Positions 13,305-24,338 of a stretch of 64,000 nucleotides of DNA are shown piece by piece; positions within the stretch are counted from its first letter, which is position 1; each line of letters begins with the position of its first letter. Position numbers and translations under genes: made by a program. The stretch covers positions 13,640,001 through 13,704,000 of the forward strand of contig CM059432.1 of the NCBI GenBank assembly GCA_030390025.1, written 5' to 3'. Below the pieces are notes generated by a model, which saw only the letters and a program-made list of their open reading frames with translations, did not search any database and was not told the DNA's origin. Origin of the DNA: Squalus acanthias. Lineage: Eukaryota.

Positions 13305-14143
13305 CATTATAAATACTGTGGCACCAAGAGCAGGGCAGAGGCTGGGTATTCGACGGCAAGTATCTCACCTCCCGACTCCCCAAAGCCTTTCATAGATAGT
13401 TACAGCACAGGAGGCCGCCATTCGGCCCGTCAAGCCTGTGCCGGCTCTCTGCAAGAGCACTTCAACGAGTCCCACTCCCCGCCCTTTCCCCGTAGACCTG
13501 CAATTTTTTTTCCTTCGGGTATTTATCCAATTCCCTTTTGAAAGCCTCCGCCACCCTTTCAGGCAGTGCATTCCAGATCCTAACCACTCACTGTGTAACC
13601 ACCATCTACAAGGCACAAGTAAGGAGTGTGGTGGAATACTCTCCACTTGCCTGGATGAGTGCAGCTCCAACAACACTCAAGAAGCTCGACACCATCCAGG
13701 ACAAAGCAGCCCGCTTGATTGGCACCTCATCCACCACCTTAAACATTCATTCCCTCCACCACCAGCGCACCGTGGCTGCAGTGTACCCCATCTACAAAAT
13801 GCACTGCAGCAACTTGCCAAGGCTTCTTCGGCAGCACCTCCCAAACCCGCGACCTCTACCACCTAGAAGGACAAGGGCGGCAGGCTCATGGGAACACCAT
13901 CACCTGCAAGTTCCCCTCCAAGTCGCACATCATCCTGACTTAGAAATATATCGCCGATCCTTCATCGTCGCTGGGTCAAAATCCTGGAACTCCCTCCCTA
14001 ACAGCACTGTGGGAGTACCTTCACCACACGGACTGCAGCGGTTCAAGAAGGCGGCTCACCACCACCTTCTCAAGGGCAATTAGGGATGGGCAATAAACGC
14101 TGGCCTTGCCAGCGACGCGACATCCCATGAACGAATAAAAAAA
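13305..14143 (+). mobile_element. 3' fragment of the same third LINE family, with a CR1 tail piece (13391-13598, minus) inserted
   Basis: TIYKAQVRSVVEYSPLAWMSAAPTTLKKLDTIQDKAARLIG; colinear with 48500-49134. Confidence 0.88.
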
Positions 14144-14685
14144 TTAGATTTCACACATTTTAAATTCAACGTGGTCCCTCTTCATGCACATCTGAATTAC
14201 TTTATTGAAATTAGCACTACTTGTACTGAAACCTTATTCTGTTTCAACAATTCTGCCAATTGAAACTTTGTAAAATTAAAAACAGTAAGTGACCTTGCAG
14301 TCCACCCCCACCCCGGGGAAGCCATTTTAAATGCGAACAAGGGTTAGCAGACTCCAGCTGTGCATTCCTACCCACCTGCAATCTGACCCCATTTCCCAGG
14401 CTTGTGATACAAGATATATGACACACAATTAATTGACTAGCACTGCAGTCCAGAGACAGGGTTCCACTGGATAGAATCACTTGTGTCTGGTTGGAAATTT
14501 AAACAAAATTAAAAGATGAAAAACAAAAATTCTGAAAAAGATTGTTTTTTTAAAAAAAAGTCAAAACGGGTAGGATTCAACATGTTATCTGACTGAACTC
14601 AAAGGTTTAATGGTTACATATTAGTAATGTTTTGAGCAGAAGACCACAGATCCATCCAAACCTGCCACCTTTACTGTGATTCAGA

Positions 14686-16372
14686 GAATCATAGAAATTT
14701 ATGGCACAGAAGGAGGCCATTCGGCCCATTGTGTCTGTGCCGGCTGAAAAAGAGCTATCCAATCTAATTCCACTTTCCAGCTCTTGGTCCGTAGCCCTGT
14801 AGGTTACGGCACTTCAAGTGCACATCCAAGTACTTTTTAAATGTGATGAGGGTCTCTGCGTCTACCACCCTTTCAGGCAGTGAGTTCCAGACCCCCACCA
14901 CCCTCTCAACTCCCCTCTAATCCTTCTACCAATTACTTTAAATCTATGGCCCCTAGTTACTGACCTCTCTGCTAAGGAAAATAGGTCCTTCCTATCCACT
15001 CTATCTAGGCCTCTCAATTTTATACACCTCAATTAAGTCTCCCCTCAGCCTCCTCTGTTCCAAAGAAAACAACCCCAGCCTATCCAATCTTTCCTCATAG
15101 CTAAAATTCCACAGTCCTGGCAACATCCTCGTAAATCTCCTCTGTACCATCTCTAGTGCAATTACATCTTTCCTGTAATGTGGTGACCAGAACTGCACGC
15201 AGTACTCTAGCTGTGGCCTAACTAGTTCAAGCAGTACTGCTCTTATATTCTATGCCTCGACTAATAAAGGAAAGTATCCCGTATGCCTTCTTAACCACCT
15301 TACCTACCTGTCCTGCTTCCTTCAGGGATCTGTGGACATGCACTCAAAGGTCACTCTGTTCCTCTAACTTCTAAGTATCCTACCATTTATTGTGTATTCC
15401 TTTGCCTGTTAGCCCTCCCCAATTGCATTACCTCACACTTCTCCGGATTGAATTCCATTTGCCACTTTTCTGCCCACCTGACCAGTCCATTGATATCTTC
15501 CTGCAATCTACAGTTTTCTTCCTCACTATCAACCACACGGCCAATTTTTGTATCATCTGCAAACTTCTTAATCATGCCTCCTACATTGAAGTCTAAATCA
15601 CTGACGTATACCACAAAAAGCAAGGGACCTAGTACAGGAAACTCTTTATTAACCGGCACCGACGGGACCGGCGTGGTGCCGGTTAATCAAAAAGTCCGGA
15701 TAACGGAGAGTTATATCTCCCAACGTACGAGAGCCCCGTACACATTGACATGCGCCTGCATTCGGAGCTCCGTCTCCCCGGGGACCGCCAGCTGACCATC
15801 TGTCGTGTCCGCTGCCTACCCGGGCTGCACATTCCCCTCCCAATCTACACGCTCCGATACAAGGCAAACGCCTCGGGGTTTTTTTTAAGTTAATCTTAAA
15901 CGAGAGATGAAGGAAAACCCCGGTTACCTACTCAAGAATTTTGCCGGTTAAGAGAGATTTCCGGATATTTGGGTGCCGGTTAATAAAGAGTTTCCTGTAC
16001 TTAGCCCTGCGGAACCCTACTGGAAACAGCTTTCCAGTCACAAAAACATCCGTCGACCATTACCCTTTGCTTCCTGCCACTGAGCCAATTTTGGATCCAA
16101 CTTGCCACTTTCCCTTGGATCCCATGGGTTTTTACTTTTCTGACCAGTCTGCTATGTGGGACCTTGTCAAAAGCCTTGCTAAAATCTATGTTGGCTACAT
16201 CAAACGCACTACCCTCATCAACCCTCCTTGTTACCGCCTCAAAAAATTCAGTCAAGTTACTCAGACACGACCTTCCCTTAACAAATCCATGCTGAGTGTC
16301 CTTGAGTAATCCATGCCTTTCTAAATGATGATTAATACTGTCCCTCAGAATTTGTTCCAACAATTTGCCCAT
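14686..16372 (-). mobile_element. CR1 LINE fragment interrupted by a MITE
   Basis: [34 protein letters not shown]; tail at 14686. Confidence 0.9.
15635..15997. mobile_element. Tc1/mariner (pogo/Tigger-like) MITE, subfamily A
   Basis: Perfect 26-bp TIR CAGGAAACTCTTTATTAACCGGCACC; TA duplication at 15633-34 and 15998-99; interrupts a CR1 RT. Confidence 0.92.
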
Positions 16373-16434
16373 TCTAGGATTAATGGCCCTCTATCTCCTT
16401 TCCTTATAGGAATGCTATCCTTTCTTAAACCCGG

Positions 16435-16715
16435 AGGGGGCAGGGGAGGGGTAGAGGGGGCAGGGCAGGGCAGGGGCAGCAGGGGAGGAGCAGGACAGGT
16501 GCAGAAGGGGGCAGGGACAGAGGGGGGATGCCAGGGGCAGAGGGAGAATGCCAGGGGCAGGGGAGGGGCAGGGGCAAAGGGGGCAGGACAGGTGCAGAGG
16601 TGGGATGGGGCAGAGGGGGAATTCCAGGGGGAGTGCCAGGGACAGAGGGGGAGAAGAGGAGAAGGAACAGGGGCAGAGCGGGGGGGTGGGGGGCAGAGGC
16701 GAGGGCAGAGAAAGG
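16435..16715 (+). repeat. G-rich degenerate tandem repeat (GGGGCAG/GGGGCAGAG units)
   Basis: Many G3-G6 runs with short linkers; includes a duplicated ggggcag...gcaggacaggtgcaga unit. Confidence 0.85.
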
Positions 16716-17179
16716 GCATCACTCTCTCCCCTCTGCAGCAGTAAGTCGCAGAGTAGACATCTTTAAACACTTTTGCTGTTCTTATTTCTCCCCAACCTTC
16801 AGGAGGACTTGGCAACAATAACTGAACATGTCGGAATTAATATCAAATCGGCGCTTCGCCAAATTTCTGTGTAATTGCACTTTTCGAGATGCCAGAGTGA
16901 AAACTAGTCGCAGACTCCCTGACAACAGGATGGGGGGGGGCCGATCTCCAGAGATGGATCTCCCCTTTCCATCATTCGATTGTGTTTTTGAAAAGGAAAA
17001 AGGTGATTTACATTAAAACACATGCGGTGAAATGAGCTCACTCACTCGGAACAAATAAAAGGAAGGCAACTTAGAAATAAGAAATCGAACAGATACCGCT
17101 GAGGCAAATCAACCCAGCTTTAAATTTAAATAATAAAAAGAAACAGGAGCTGGGGTTTGTTTTTTAAAAAAAATCTAAT

Positions 17180-17610
17180 TTATGGAGGAGGCGCTGCGAG
17201 AAAGCGCTTCACAACTGAAAGGTTTGAGACACCAAACAAAACTACACACGCACACAGACAGAGAAAACTCCACTCCTGCAAAATAAAGAAACTTCCAAAG
17301 ACCCTACGAGCGGCCAAACATGATGCAGGAGGCGATTTTAACCGTGTTCAACACACAATAAAGAACTCACAGGGCGCGCAAACATTGCCTCCCTCCCTCC
17401 GCCATAAACTTACCCTCCCGCAGTCCGGCGGCGCCCACACTCTCTCTCTGCTCCGAGAACAGCAGCAACACAAAAGCCGTTCTCCGCCTGTGCAGCGCCG
17501 AAGTTTGGAGTTGAACTGGTGCGAGTCCCCTCACAGCAGGGGGAGGGAAGCAACGACTGAACACGCCTCGCCTCCACACAACACATTGCAAGCATGCAAC
17601 GATAGCTCTA
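17180..17610. promoter_or_regulatory. CpG-island-like promoter region of TWSG1
   Basis: Locally dense CpG (ggcgcgc, cggcggcgcc, gcgccg) in unique sequence against a CpG-poor background. Confidence 0.6.
17414..17580 (-). other. TWSG1: Putative non-coding exon 1 of TWSG1 (5' end uncertain)
   Basis: GAGG|GTAAGT consensus donor at 17413-17408 inside the only non-repeat CpG-rich patch upstream of exon 2. Confidence 0.6.
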
Positions 17611-17971
17611 AGCCCTACCCGTTTCTTTTTAATCATTGCCACTTTTTTTTGCATTTTCTATTAGGGTAAGATTTTGTTTTAAATTTTTCCTCCCTCCCTT
17701 TTGGGTGTGGAAGTTACAGTCACTGAAAGCGCCAGAGATTCTAAACTCTTAGCAAAAGTCAAGAAGTTTTTACCATATCTCCTTATTGCTAACGCCGATG
17801 CTTCTTTCTGAGAAGTGCATGTTGGCTAAAAGGAATCAGAATGGGCAATTTTCTCCGGACTGAATTCCTCTTAAAATTTATAATATCGACTTGCATTTTT
17901 TTTTTATATAGCGCCTTTCGCGACCACCGGACATCCGAAAGTGCTTTACAGCCAATGAAGTACTTTTTGAA

Positions 17972-18069
17972 CTAACAACAGAAAAAGCTGGAAAAACTCA
18001 GCAGGCCAGGCAGCATCCGTGGAGAGAGAAACAGAGTTAACTTTCAGGTCGAAGACCTTTCGTCAGAAC
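17972..18069 (-). mobile_element. 98-bp Penelope terminal mini-insertion carrying a hammerhead-like motif
   Basis: Matches the terminal repeat at 23260-23360; exact 14-bp TSD aagtactttttgaa at 17958-17971 and 18070-18083; interrupts a SINE. Confidence 0.85.
18034..18069 (-). ncRNA. Minimal type-I hammerhead ribozyme-like motif (one-base deletion relative to family)
   Basis: GUU-CUGACGA-A-AGGUC-UUC-GACCU-GAAA-GUU-AAC: both core boxes, a perfect 5-bp helix II and a GUU/AAC helix I. Sister copies read GAAACGUU. Confidence 0.65.
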
Positions 18070-18569
18070 AAGTACTTTTTGAAGTTGTTGTCATGTAGGA
18101 AACACGGCAGCCAATTTGCGCACAGCAAGCTCCCTCAAACAGCAATGTGACAACGACCAGATAATCTGGTTTTTTTAAGTGATGTTAATTGAGGGATAAA
18201 TATTGGCCAGGACACCAGGGACTAACTCCCCTGCTCTTCTTCGAAATAGTGCCATGGGATCTTTTACGTCCACCTGAGAGAGCAGACGGGGCCTCGGTTT
18301 AACATCTTATCCGAAAGACGGCACCTCCAACAGTGCAGCACTGCAGTGTCAGCCTAGATATTAAGTCTCTGGAGTAGGACCTGAACCACAACCTTCTGAC
18401 TCAAGGCAAGAGGTGCTACTACTGAGCCACGGCTGACACTCGTTAATTCTCCTATTTTATCACTATTTCTGATTGGACACCACATTGGAGTACTTAAGCA
18501 ACAATTCTGCTGCCTGGATAGGTCTAGCTTCCTACAATGCAACCAAGAAAGATTGTCCCACCTAGGGTT

Positions 18570-19262
18570 GCTAGCTTTCGATCCCATATCCTCTCCATCA
18601 CCAAGACCGCCTACTTCCACCTCCATAATATCGCCCGCCTCTGCCTCAGCTCATCTGCTGCTGAAACCCTCATCCATGCCTTTGTTACCTCTAGACTTGA
18701 CTGTTCCAACACTCTCCTGGACAGCCTACTACCCTCCGTAAACTTGAGCTCATCCAAAACTCTGCTGCCCGTATCCTAACTCTCACCAAGTCCCGTTTAA
18801 CCATCACCCCTGTGCTCGCTGACCTATACTGGCTCCTGATCCGCCGATGCCTCGATTTTAAAATTCTCATCCTTGTGTTGAAATTCCTCCTTGGCCTCGC
18901 CCCCTCCCTACCTCTGTAACCTCTTTCCAGCCCTAGAAACCTCAGAGATCTCCGCACTCCTCCAATTCTGGCCTCTTGCGCATCCCCGATTTTCATCGCT
19001 CCACCATTGGCGGCCGTGCCTTCAGCTGCCTGGGACCTAAGCTGTGGAATTCCCTCCCTAAACCTCTCCGCCTCTCTACCTCTCCCTCGTCCTTTAAGTC
19101 GCTCCTTAAAACCTACCTTTTTGACCAAGCTTTTGGTCACCTGTCCTAATACCTCTTTATATGACTCGGTGTCAAATTTTGTCTGATAACACTCCCTGTG
19201 AAGTGCCTTGGGACGATTTTACGACGTTAAAGGGGCTATATAAATGCAAGTTGTTGTTGTTG
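18570..19262 (+). mobile_element. L2-type LINE 3' fragment
   Basis: KTAYFHLHNIARL...AETLIHAFVTSRLDCSN; 3' end ctatataaatgcaagttgttgttg. Confidence 0.88.
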
Positions 19263-19512
19263 TCAACCCACCAGGATTGTCCTGGAGTCTCCAGGAATTA
19301 ATCTCTTGGATCCTGCTGCGAGCAACTGGGGAGAAAAATCATAGGAACATCAAAGAAAAATGGTGTGGGGTTTTTTTTCACTTTCGATTTATTAGTTATA
19401 AAAACATTGGAGATGGGGGAAGAAAGGCTGTTTCACTGGGTGGGGCAGTTGGAGACAGGAGGTCATGTGATAAAACCGCCAGGAATACCGTTAACCAGGG
19501 TTGGCAACCCTA
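19258..19512. mobile_element. Non-autonomous DNA element with TAGGGTTGCCAAC-type end; left end overlapped by L2 tail
   Basis: Right end ccagggttggcaacccta; left remnant gttgtcaacccaccagg. Confidence 0.5.
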
Positions 19513-19522
19513 GTCCCATCTG

Positions 19523-19714
19523 TTAGTGGTTTGCTGTGTGCTGCATGACTTCGCTCTGCAACAGGGACGTCAAACGGAGCCACCATTGGATCAGGGCCTT
19601 TAGCATGATGAGGGAAAGGAAACTAAGGGCAGAAAGGATGACGAAGAAGTGAGAGAGTTCCAGCAGTTGCGTGCAGCCAGAGATCTTGGGCAGCAGCTTA
19701 TTGACGAGCATTTC
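19523..19714 (+). mobile_element. Degenerate Harbinger transposase C-terminal remnant
   Basis: VVCCVLHDFALQQG...acidic...AARDLGQQLIDEHF, with stops/frameshifts; CCxLHN-type motif. Confidence 0.55.
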
Positions 19715-20023
19715 AATATCTATCACAGTCATTCCACCCTCAGATAAACTGCATTCGCCTAAAGACCAATTTTGCTATTCATGTCAACCACCATTGCAGG
19801 ATCCCGGCTACTTCAGGAACACTCTCTTTACAAAAAGAGGTTTCAAAAAGGATTATAATTGTCATGGCTGATAACAGTTCTCAATAATAATTCTCACCCT
19901 GGTGAGAGAGCCTTTAATACTTCTCTCAACAACAACAAATTTATATAACACCTTCAACATAGAAAAACATTCAAGTGCTGTCTTACCTGCTGACGTGTTC
20001 CTATTGGGTGCTCCCCTGTGTAA

Positions 20024-21695
20024 AGCTGTGGCTCAGTGGGTAGCACCCTCACCTTGGCGTCAGAAGGTTGTGGGTTCAAGTCCCACTCCAGGGACTTGAA
20101 CACAAAAAGCTAGGCTGACACTCCAGTGCAGTGCAGTGTTGAGGGAGTGCTGCACTGTCGGAGGTGCCGTCTTTTGGATGAGATGTTAAACCGAGGACCC
20201 GTCTGCTCTCTCAGGTGGACGTAAAAGATCCCATGGCACTATTTCGAAGAAGAGCAGGGGAGTTATCCCTGGTATCCTGGCCAATATTTATCCCTCAATC
20301 AACATAACAAAAACAGATTATCTGGTCATTATCACATGCTGTTTGTGGGAGCTTGCTGTGCGCATATTGGCTGTCGCATTTCCCACATTACAACTTTCGA
20401 TAAGGTCCTGCATAAGAGATTAGGTCCTGCATAAGAGATTAGCGTGCAAAGTTAAAGCACATGGGATTGGGGGTAAGGTACTGACTTGGATAGAAAACTG
20501 GTTGGCAGACAGGAAGCAAAGAGTTGGAATAAATGGGTCTTTTTCCGAGTGGCAGGCAGTGACTAGTGGAGTACCGCAGGGATCGGTGCTAGGAGCCCAG
20601 TTATTCACAATATATATTAATGATCTAGACGAGGGAACTAGATGTAATATCTCCAAGTTTGCAGACGACACAAAGCTGGGTGGGCGTGTGTGCTGTGAGG
20701 AGGATGCAGAGAAACTCCAGTATGATTTGGACAGGTTGGATGATTGGGCAGATGCCTGGCAGATGCAGTATAATGTGGATAAGTGCGAGGTTATCCACTT
20801 TGGTGGCAAAAACAGGAAGGCAGATTATTATCTGAACGGCAATAGATTGGGAAAAGGGGAAGTGCAACGAGACCTGGGTGTCCTTGTGCACCAGTCGCTG
20901 AAGGTAAGCATGCAGGTGCAGCAGGCGGTTAAGAAGGCAAATGGTATGCTGGCCTTCATAGCGAGAGGATTCAAGTACAGGAGCAAGGATGTCTTGCTGC
21001 AGTTGTACAGGGCTTTGGTGAGACCAAAGCTTGAGTATTGTGTGCAGTTTTGGTCGCCTTATCTAAGGAAGGATGTTCTTGCCATGGAGGGAGTGCAGCG
21101 AAGATTCACCAGACTGATACCTGGGATGGCAGGAATGACGTATGAAGAGAGATTGGGTCGATTGGGCTTGTATTCGCTAGAGTTTAGAAGAATGAGAGGG
21201 GATCTCATTGAAACATAAAATTCTAACAGGACTAGACAGACTAGATGCAGGAAGAATGTTCCCGATGGTGGGGGAGTCCAGAACCAGGGGTCACAGTCTA
21301 AGGATAAGGGGTAAGCCATTTAGGACTGAGATGAGGAGGAATTTCTTCACCCAGAGTGTGGTGAACCTGTGGAATTCTCTACCACAGAAGACAGTTGAGT
21401 CCAATTCATTAAAGATATTCAAGAAGGAGTTAGATATATTTCTTAAGGCTAAGGGGATCAAGGGATATGGGGAGCAAGCAGGGACAGGGTACTGAATTTG
21501 GATGATCAGCCATGATCGCATTGAATGGTGGAGCAGGCTCGAGGGGCCGAATGGCCTACTCCTGCTCCTATCTTCTATGTTTCTATGTTTACAACAGTGA
21601 CTACACTTCAAAAAGTACTTCATTGGCTGCAAAGCACTTTGAGATGTCCAGTGGTCGTGAAAGGCGCTATATAAATGCAAGTCTTTCTTTCTTTT
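20024..21695 (+). mobile_element. tRNA-derived Deu-domain SINE (SacSINE1/AmnSINE1-like), full length, split by CR1
   Basis: Box A gtggctcagtggg, box B ggttcaagtcc; central ctctcaggtggacgtaaaagatcccatggcactattt; L2-like tail with (cttt)n. Family name is from recall. Confidence 0.85.
20395..21588 (+). mobile_element. Young CR1 LINE, 5'-truncated, inserted in a SINE
   Basis: [10 protein letters not shown]...[14 protein letters not shown] motifs; (ttctatgt) tail; 7-bp TSD ttacaac at 20388-94 and 21589-95. Confidence 0.93.
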
Positions 21696-21789
21696 CTGTT
21701 GGCTGCACAATGGGAGGTGGAAAGCTGCTGTGACTCAGAAGCTTGGGTCTGAGAAGGCACCAACTCAGCCACTGCTCGAGCAGTCTGGC

Positions 21790-23225
21790 CCGGATGGCTT
21801 TCTGGCACCACGGTGGACATTGGTTGAGGGGTTCATGAGGGTCCCAGACATGCTGTCATTCTGAGAGATAATCCCTCACCCCCAAAAACTTCAGACCAGT
21901 GTCATAAGAAGCTCAACGACCTGACGAAGGCAGGCAAAGTAACATACCAGCCACTTTACCCTTTTTTTCCACAGACACCCTGAACACGAGCACTGCCTTC
22001 ACCCTCTAAAATTAAGAGCTGCAAGCTAACTCTTCGCATTGCACTGCAGTTAAGGAGGGCACTAACTTAGAGGATTGACTATAATGACGACGATGGCAAT
22101 GCCAAGGAGAAGGATGATGACGATAAGGGAGAGGATGTGAAGATCAAGCCAACCTGTGAGTTCCTGGATCTAGACGGTGGCTCATGTTTCTTTGTTACAA
22201 ACGCCTCCATCTCACGCCCTGCATCACTTGCTTTTTGACTCTGATGCACCAGCTCAGAAACGTTCCCCTGGGGGGAATTCGATAATGTTCGGGAGGATGT
22301 GGCCCAGGCGTTTCACAGAGCACACAGAAGCCAGAGGAATGTGGAATGGTTGAGGAGGTGTCATCTTCCCAGCGGAAGTCGAGGAGAAAGCTGCCCATGG
22401 TTTCAGAGCTGTGCAACTCAGAACTCATGGGTACTCTCCTGAAAAGAGGGAAGATCAAGGAACATCACAGCTGCGTAAATGCTTCTGGTTAGTCTCTGGA
22501 GATGTGCGGCAACTGACAGCTATGACTCGGAAGTCTACAATCTTCATTTGCAGCAAATTCAGGGAAGCTTTTGCTTCATTGCAGGCATCAATGGCGTGTT
22601 TGGCATCTTCACTAGAATCTGTAGCAGCCACCACCCCCCTCCCCCACCCCCCCCCAAACCTAAGAAGTGGCCAAGCACCAGTTGATGCCTTTCCTTCATG
22701 GAAGCACTGACTATTGCTCTGGTGGCAGTAGGTGGGGAGATCAGTCAGCACCCTGCAGACCGGTTTCAGACCCTGGGTATTGGGATGCATGCTCCTGTCT
22801 CTCAGGGCGTTCAGGATCTGATATTTGCAGGGGGACCAGGCATCCCACTGGTTAGTGGTGTCACAGATCCAGGGCGTAATGGAATGGTGATGGCAGGAAT
22901 CAACCTGCCTGAGGTTGGCATCTCTCAGGACAGCAGCACAGGCCAGGCATCCAGCCTTCCCCATCAGAGCATGTGCCAGTGGTACGAAGGAGATGGCACC
23001 AGGCTGCCCAAGCACAAGCTCCAGAGAAGCAGCCTGCAGTGTTTCATTGCCATAAATAAGCTGCCACGAGAGAGGGGGACTTCAGTTCCACGAGCACTCT
23101 GATGCACAGGAACAGCTTGTGATACTGGCCCTCAGGTTGTAATAGGAGAAGTTGGAATAGGGGAAAAAAAGCCAAATTTAAACAGCTAGGGAATCACAAT
23201 GTTGGGAAAGAGTAGGTTGGCTTAT
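21790..23225 (+). mobile_element. Degenerate Harbinger Myb/SANT-like gene remnant
   Basis: LVEGFMRVPDML, then TSDQCHKKLNDLTKAGK (21888-21938) followed by GT, then an acidic stretch; resembles the QCRKKFNDL motif of Harbinger Myb-like proteins. Confidence 0.5.
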
Positions 23226-23668
23226 ACAAAAGCAAAATACTGCAGATGCTGGCAATCTGAAATAAAAACAGAAAATGCTGGAAATACTCAGCAGGTCAGG
23301 CAGCATCTGTGGAGAGAGAGAGAAACAGAGTTAACGTTTCGGGTCCTTTCATCAGAACTGGAAAAAGTTAGAGATATAACAGGTTTTAGCAAGTTCAGAG
23401 GCAGGGAAAGGGGGGAGGGGAGGAAAGAACAAAAGGGAAGGGTCTGTGATAGGGTGGAAGGCAGGAGAGATTAAATGACAAAAGGGATGATGGTGTAAGG
23501 CAAAAGGAGATGGTAATGGGACAAGTAAAGAAACAAAAGATGGGTGTAGAAGAGATGTAAATGGGAACAGCAGAATCATCAACGGCTGCCGTCTGAAAAA
23601 AATGGGGGCAGAGGTTATGATCTGAAATTGTTGAACTCGTTTTGAGACCAGAAGGCTGTAAAGTGCCT

Positions 23669-24338
23669 ACAACAACAACAACAACTTGTATTGATATACC
23701 ACTTTTAACGTTGTAAAACATCCCAACTCACTTCACAGGAGTGTTATAAGACAAAAAAATTTGACACCAAACCACATAAGGAGAAATTAGGGCAGGTGAC
23801 CAAAAGCTTGGTCAAAGAGGTAGGTTTCAAGGAACGTCTTAAAGGAGGAAAGAGAGGTAGCGAGGCGGAGAGGTTTAGGCAGGGAATTCCAGAGCTCAGG
23901 GCCTAGGCCACAGAAGGCACGGCCACCAATAGTTGAGCGATTATAATCAGGGATGCTCAAGAGGGCAGAATTTGAGGAGCGCAGATATCTTGGGGGGGGT
24001 TATGGGGCTGAAGGAGATTTCAGAGATAGGGAGGTGTGAGGCCATGGAGGGATTTGAAAACAAGGATGAGAATTTTGAAATCAAGACTTTGCTTAACCGG
24101 GAGCCAATGTAGGTCAGCGAGCACAGGGGTGATGGGGGAACGGGACTTGGTGCGAGTTAGGACACGGGCAGCCGAGTTTTGGATCACCTCAAGTTTATGT
24201 AGGGTGGAATGTGGGAGGCCAGCCAGGAGTGCATTTGAATAGTCAAGACTAGAGGTAACAAAGGCATGGATGAGGGTTTCAGCAACGGATGAGTTGAGGC
24301 AAGGTCGGAGACGGGCGATGTTACAGAGGTGGAAATAA
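23669..24338 (-). mobile_element. L2-type LINE 3' fragment inserted in Penelope
   Basis: (caa)n tail at 23669; homologous to 18570-19262; Penelope sequence rejoins across a gccta duplication. Confidence 0.88.

Larger units (their letters stand above)
17888..18440 (-). mobile_element. Deu-domain SINE, full length, split by the Penelope mini-insertion
   Basis: Reverse complement of the 20024 copy. Confidence 0.85.

Noticed and set aside
16325..16821. Pro-rich and Gly-rich ORFs on both strands
   Set aside because: Products of the G-rich tandem repeat, which lacks stop codons.
17157..17669. 170-aa plus-strand ORF over the CpG-rich region
   Set aside because: No recognisable domain; GC-rich promoter sequence commonly yields chance ORFs.
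20024..20100. tRNA-like sequences here and at 10093, 18370-18440, 50400-50467
   Set aside because: They are SINE heads continuous with SINE bodies; no complete cloverleaf evident.
20502..21495. CR1 and other LINE ORFs as functional reverse transcriptase genes
   Set aside because: All copies are 5'-truncated and/or frameshifted; no intact autonomous element is in the window.
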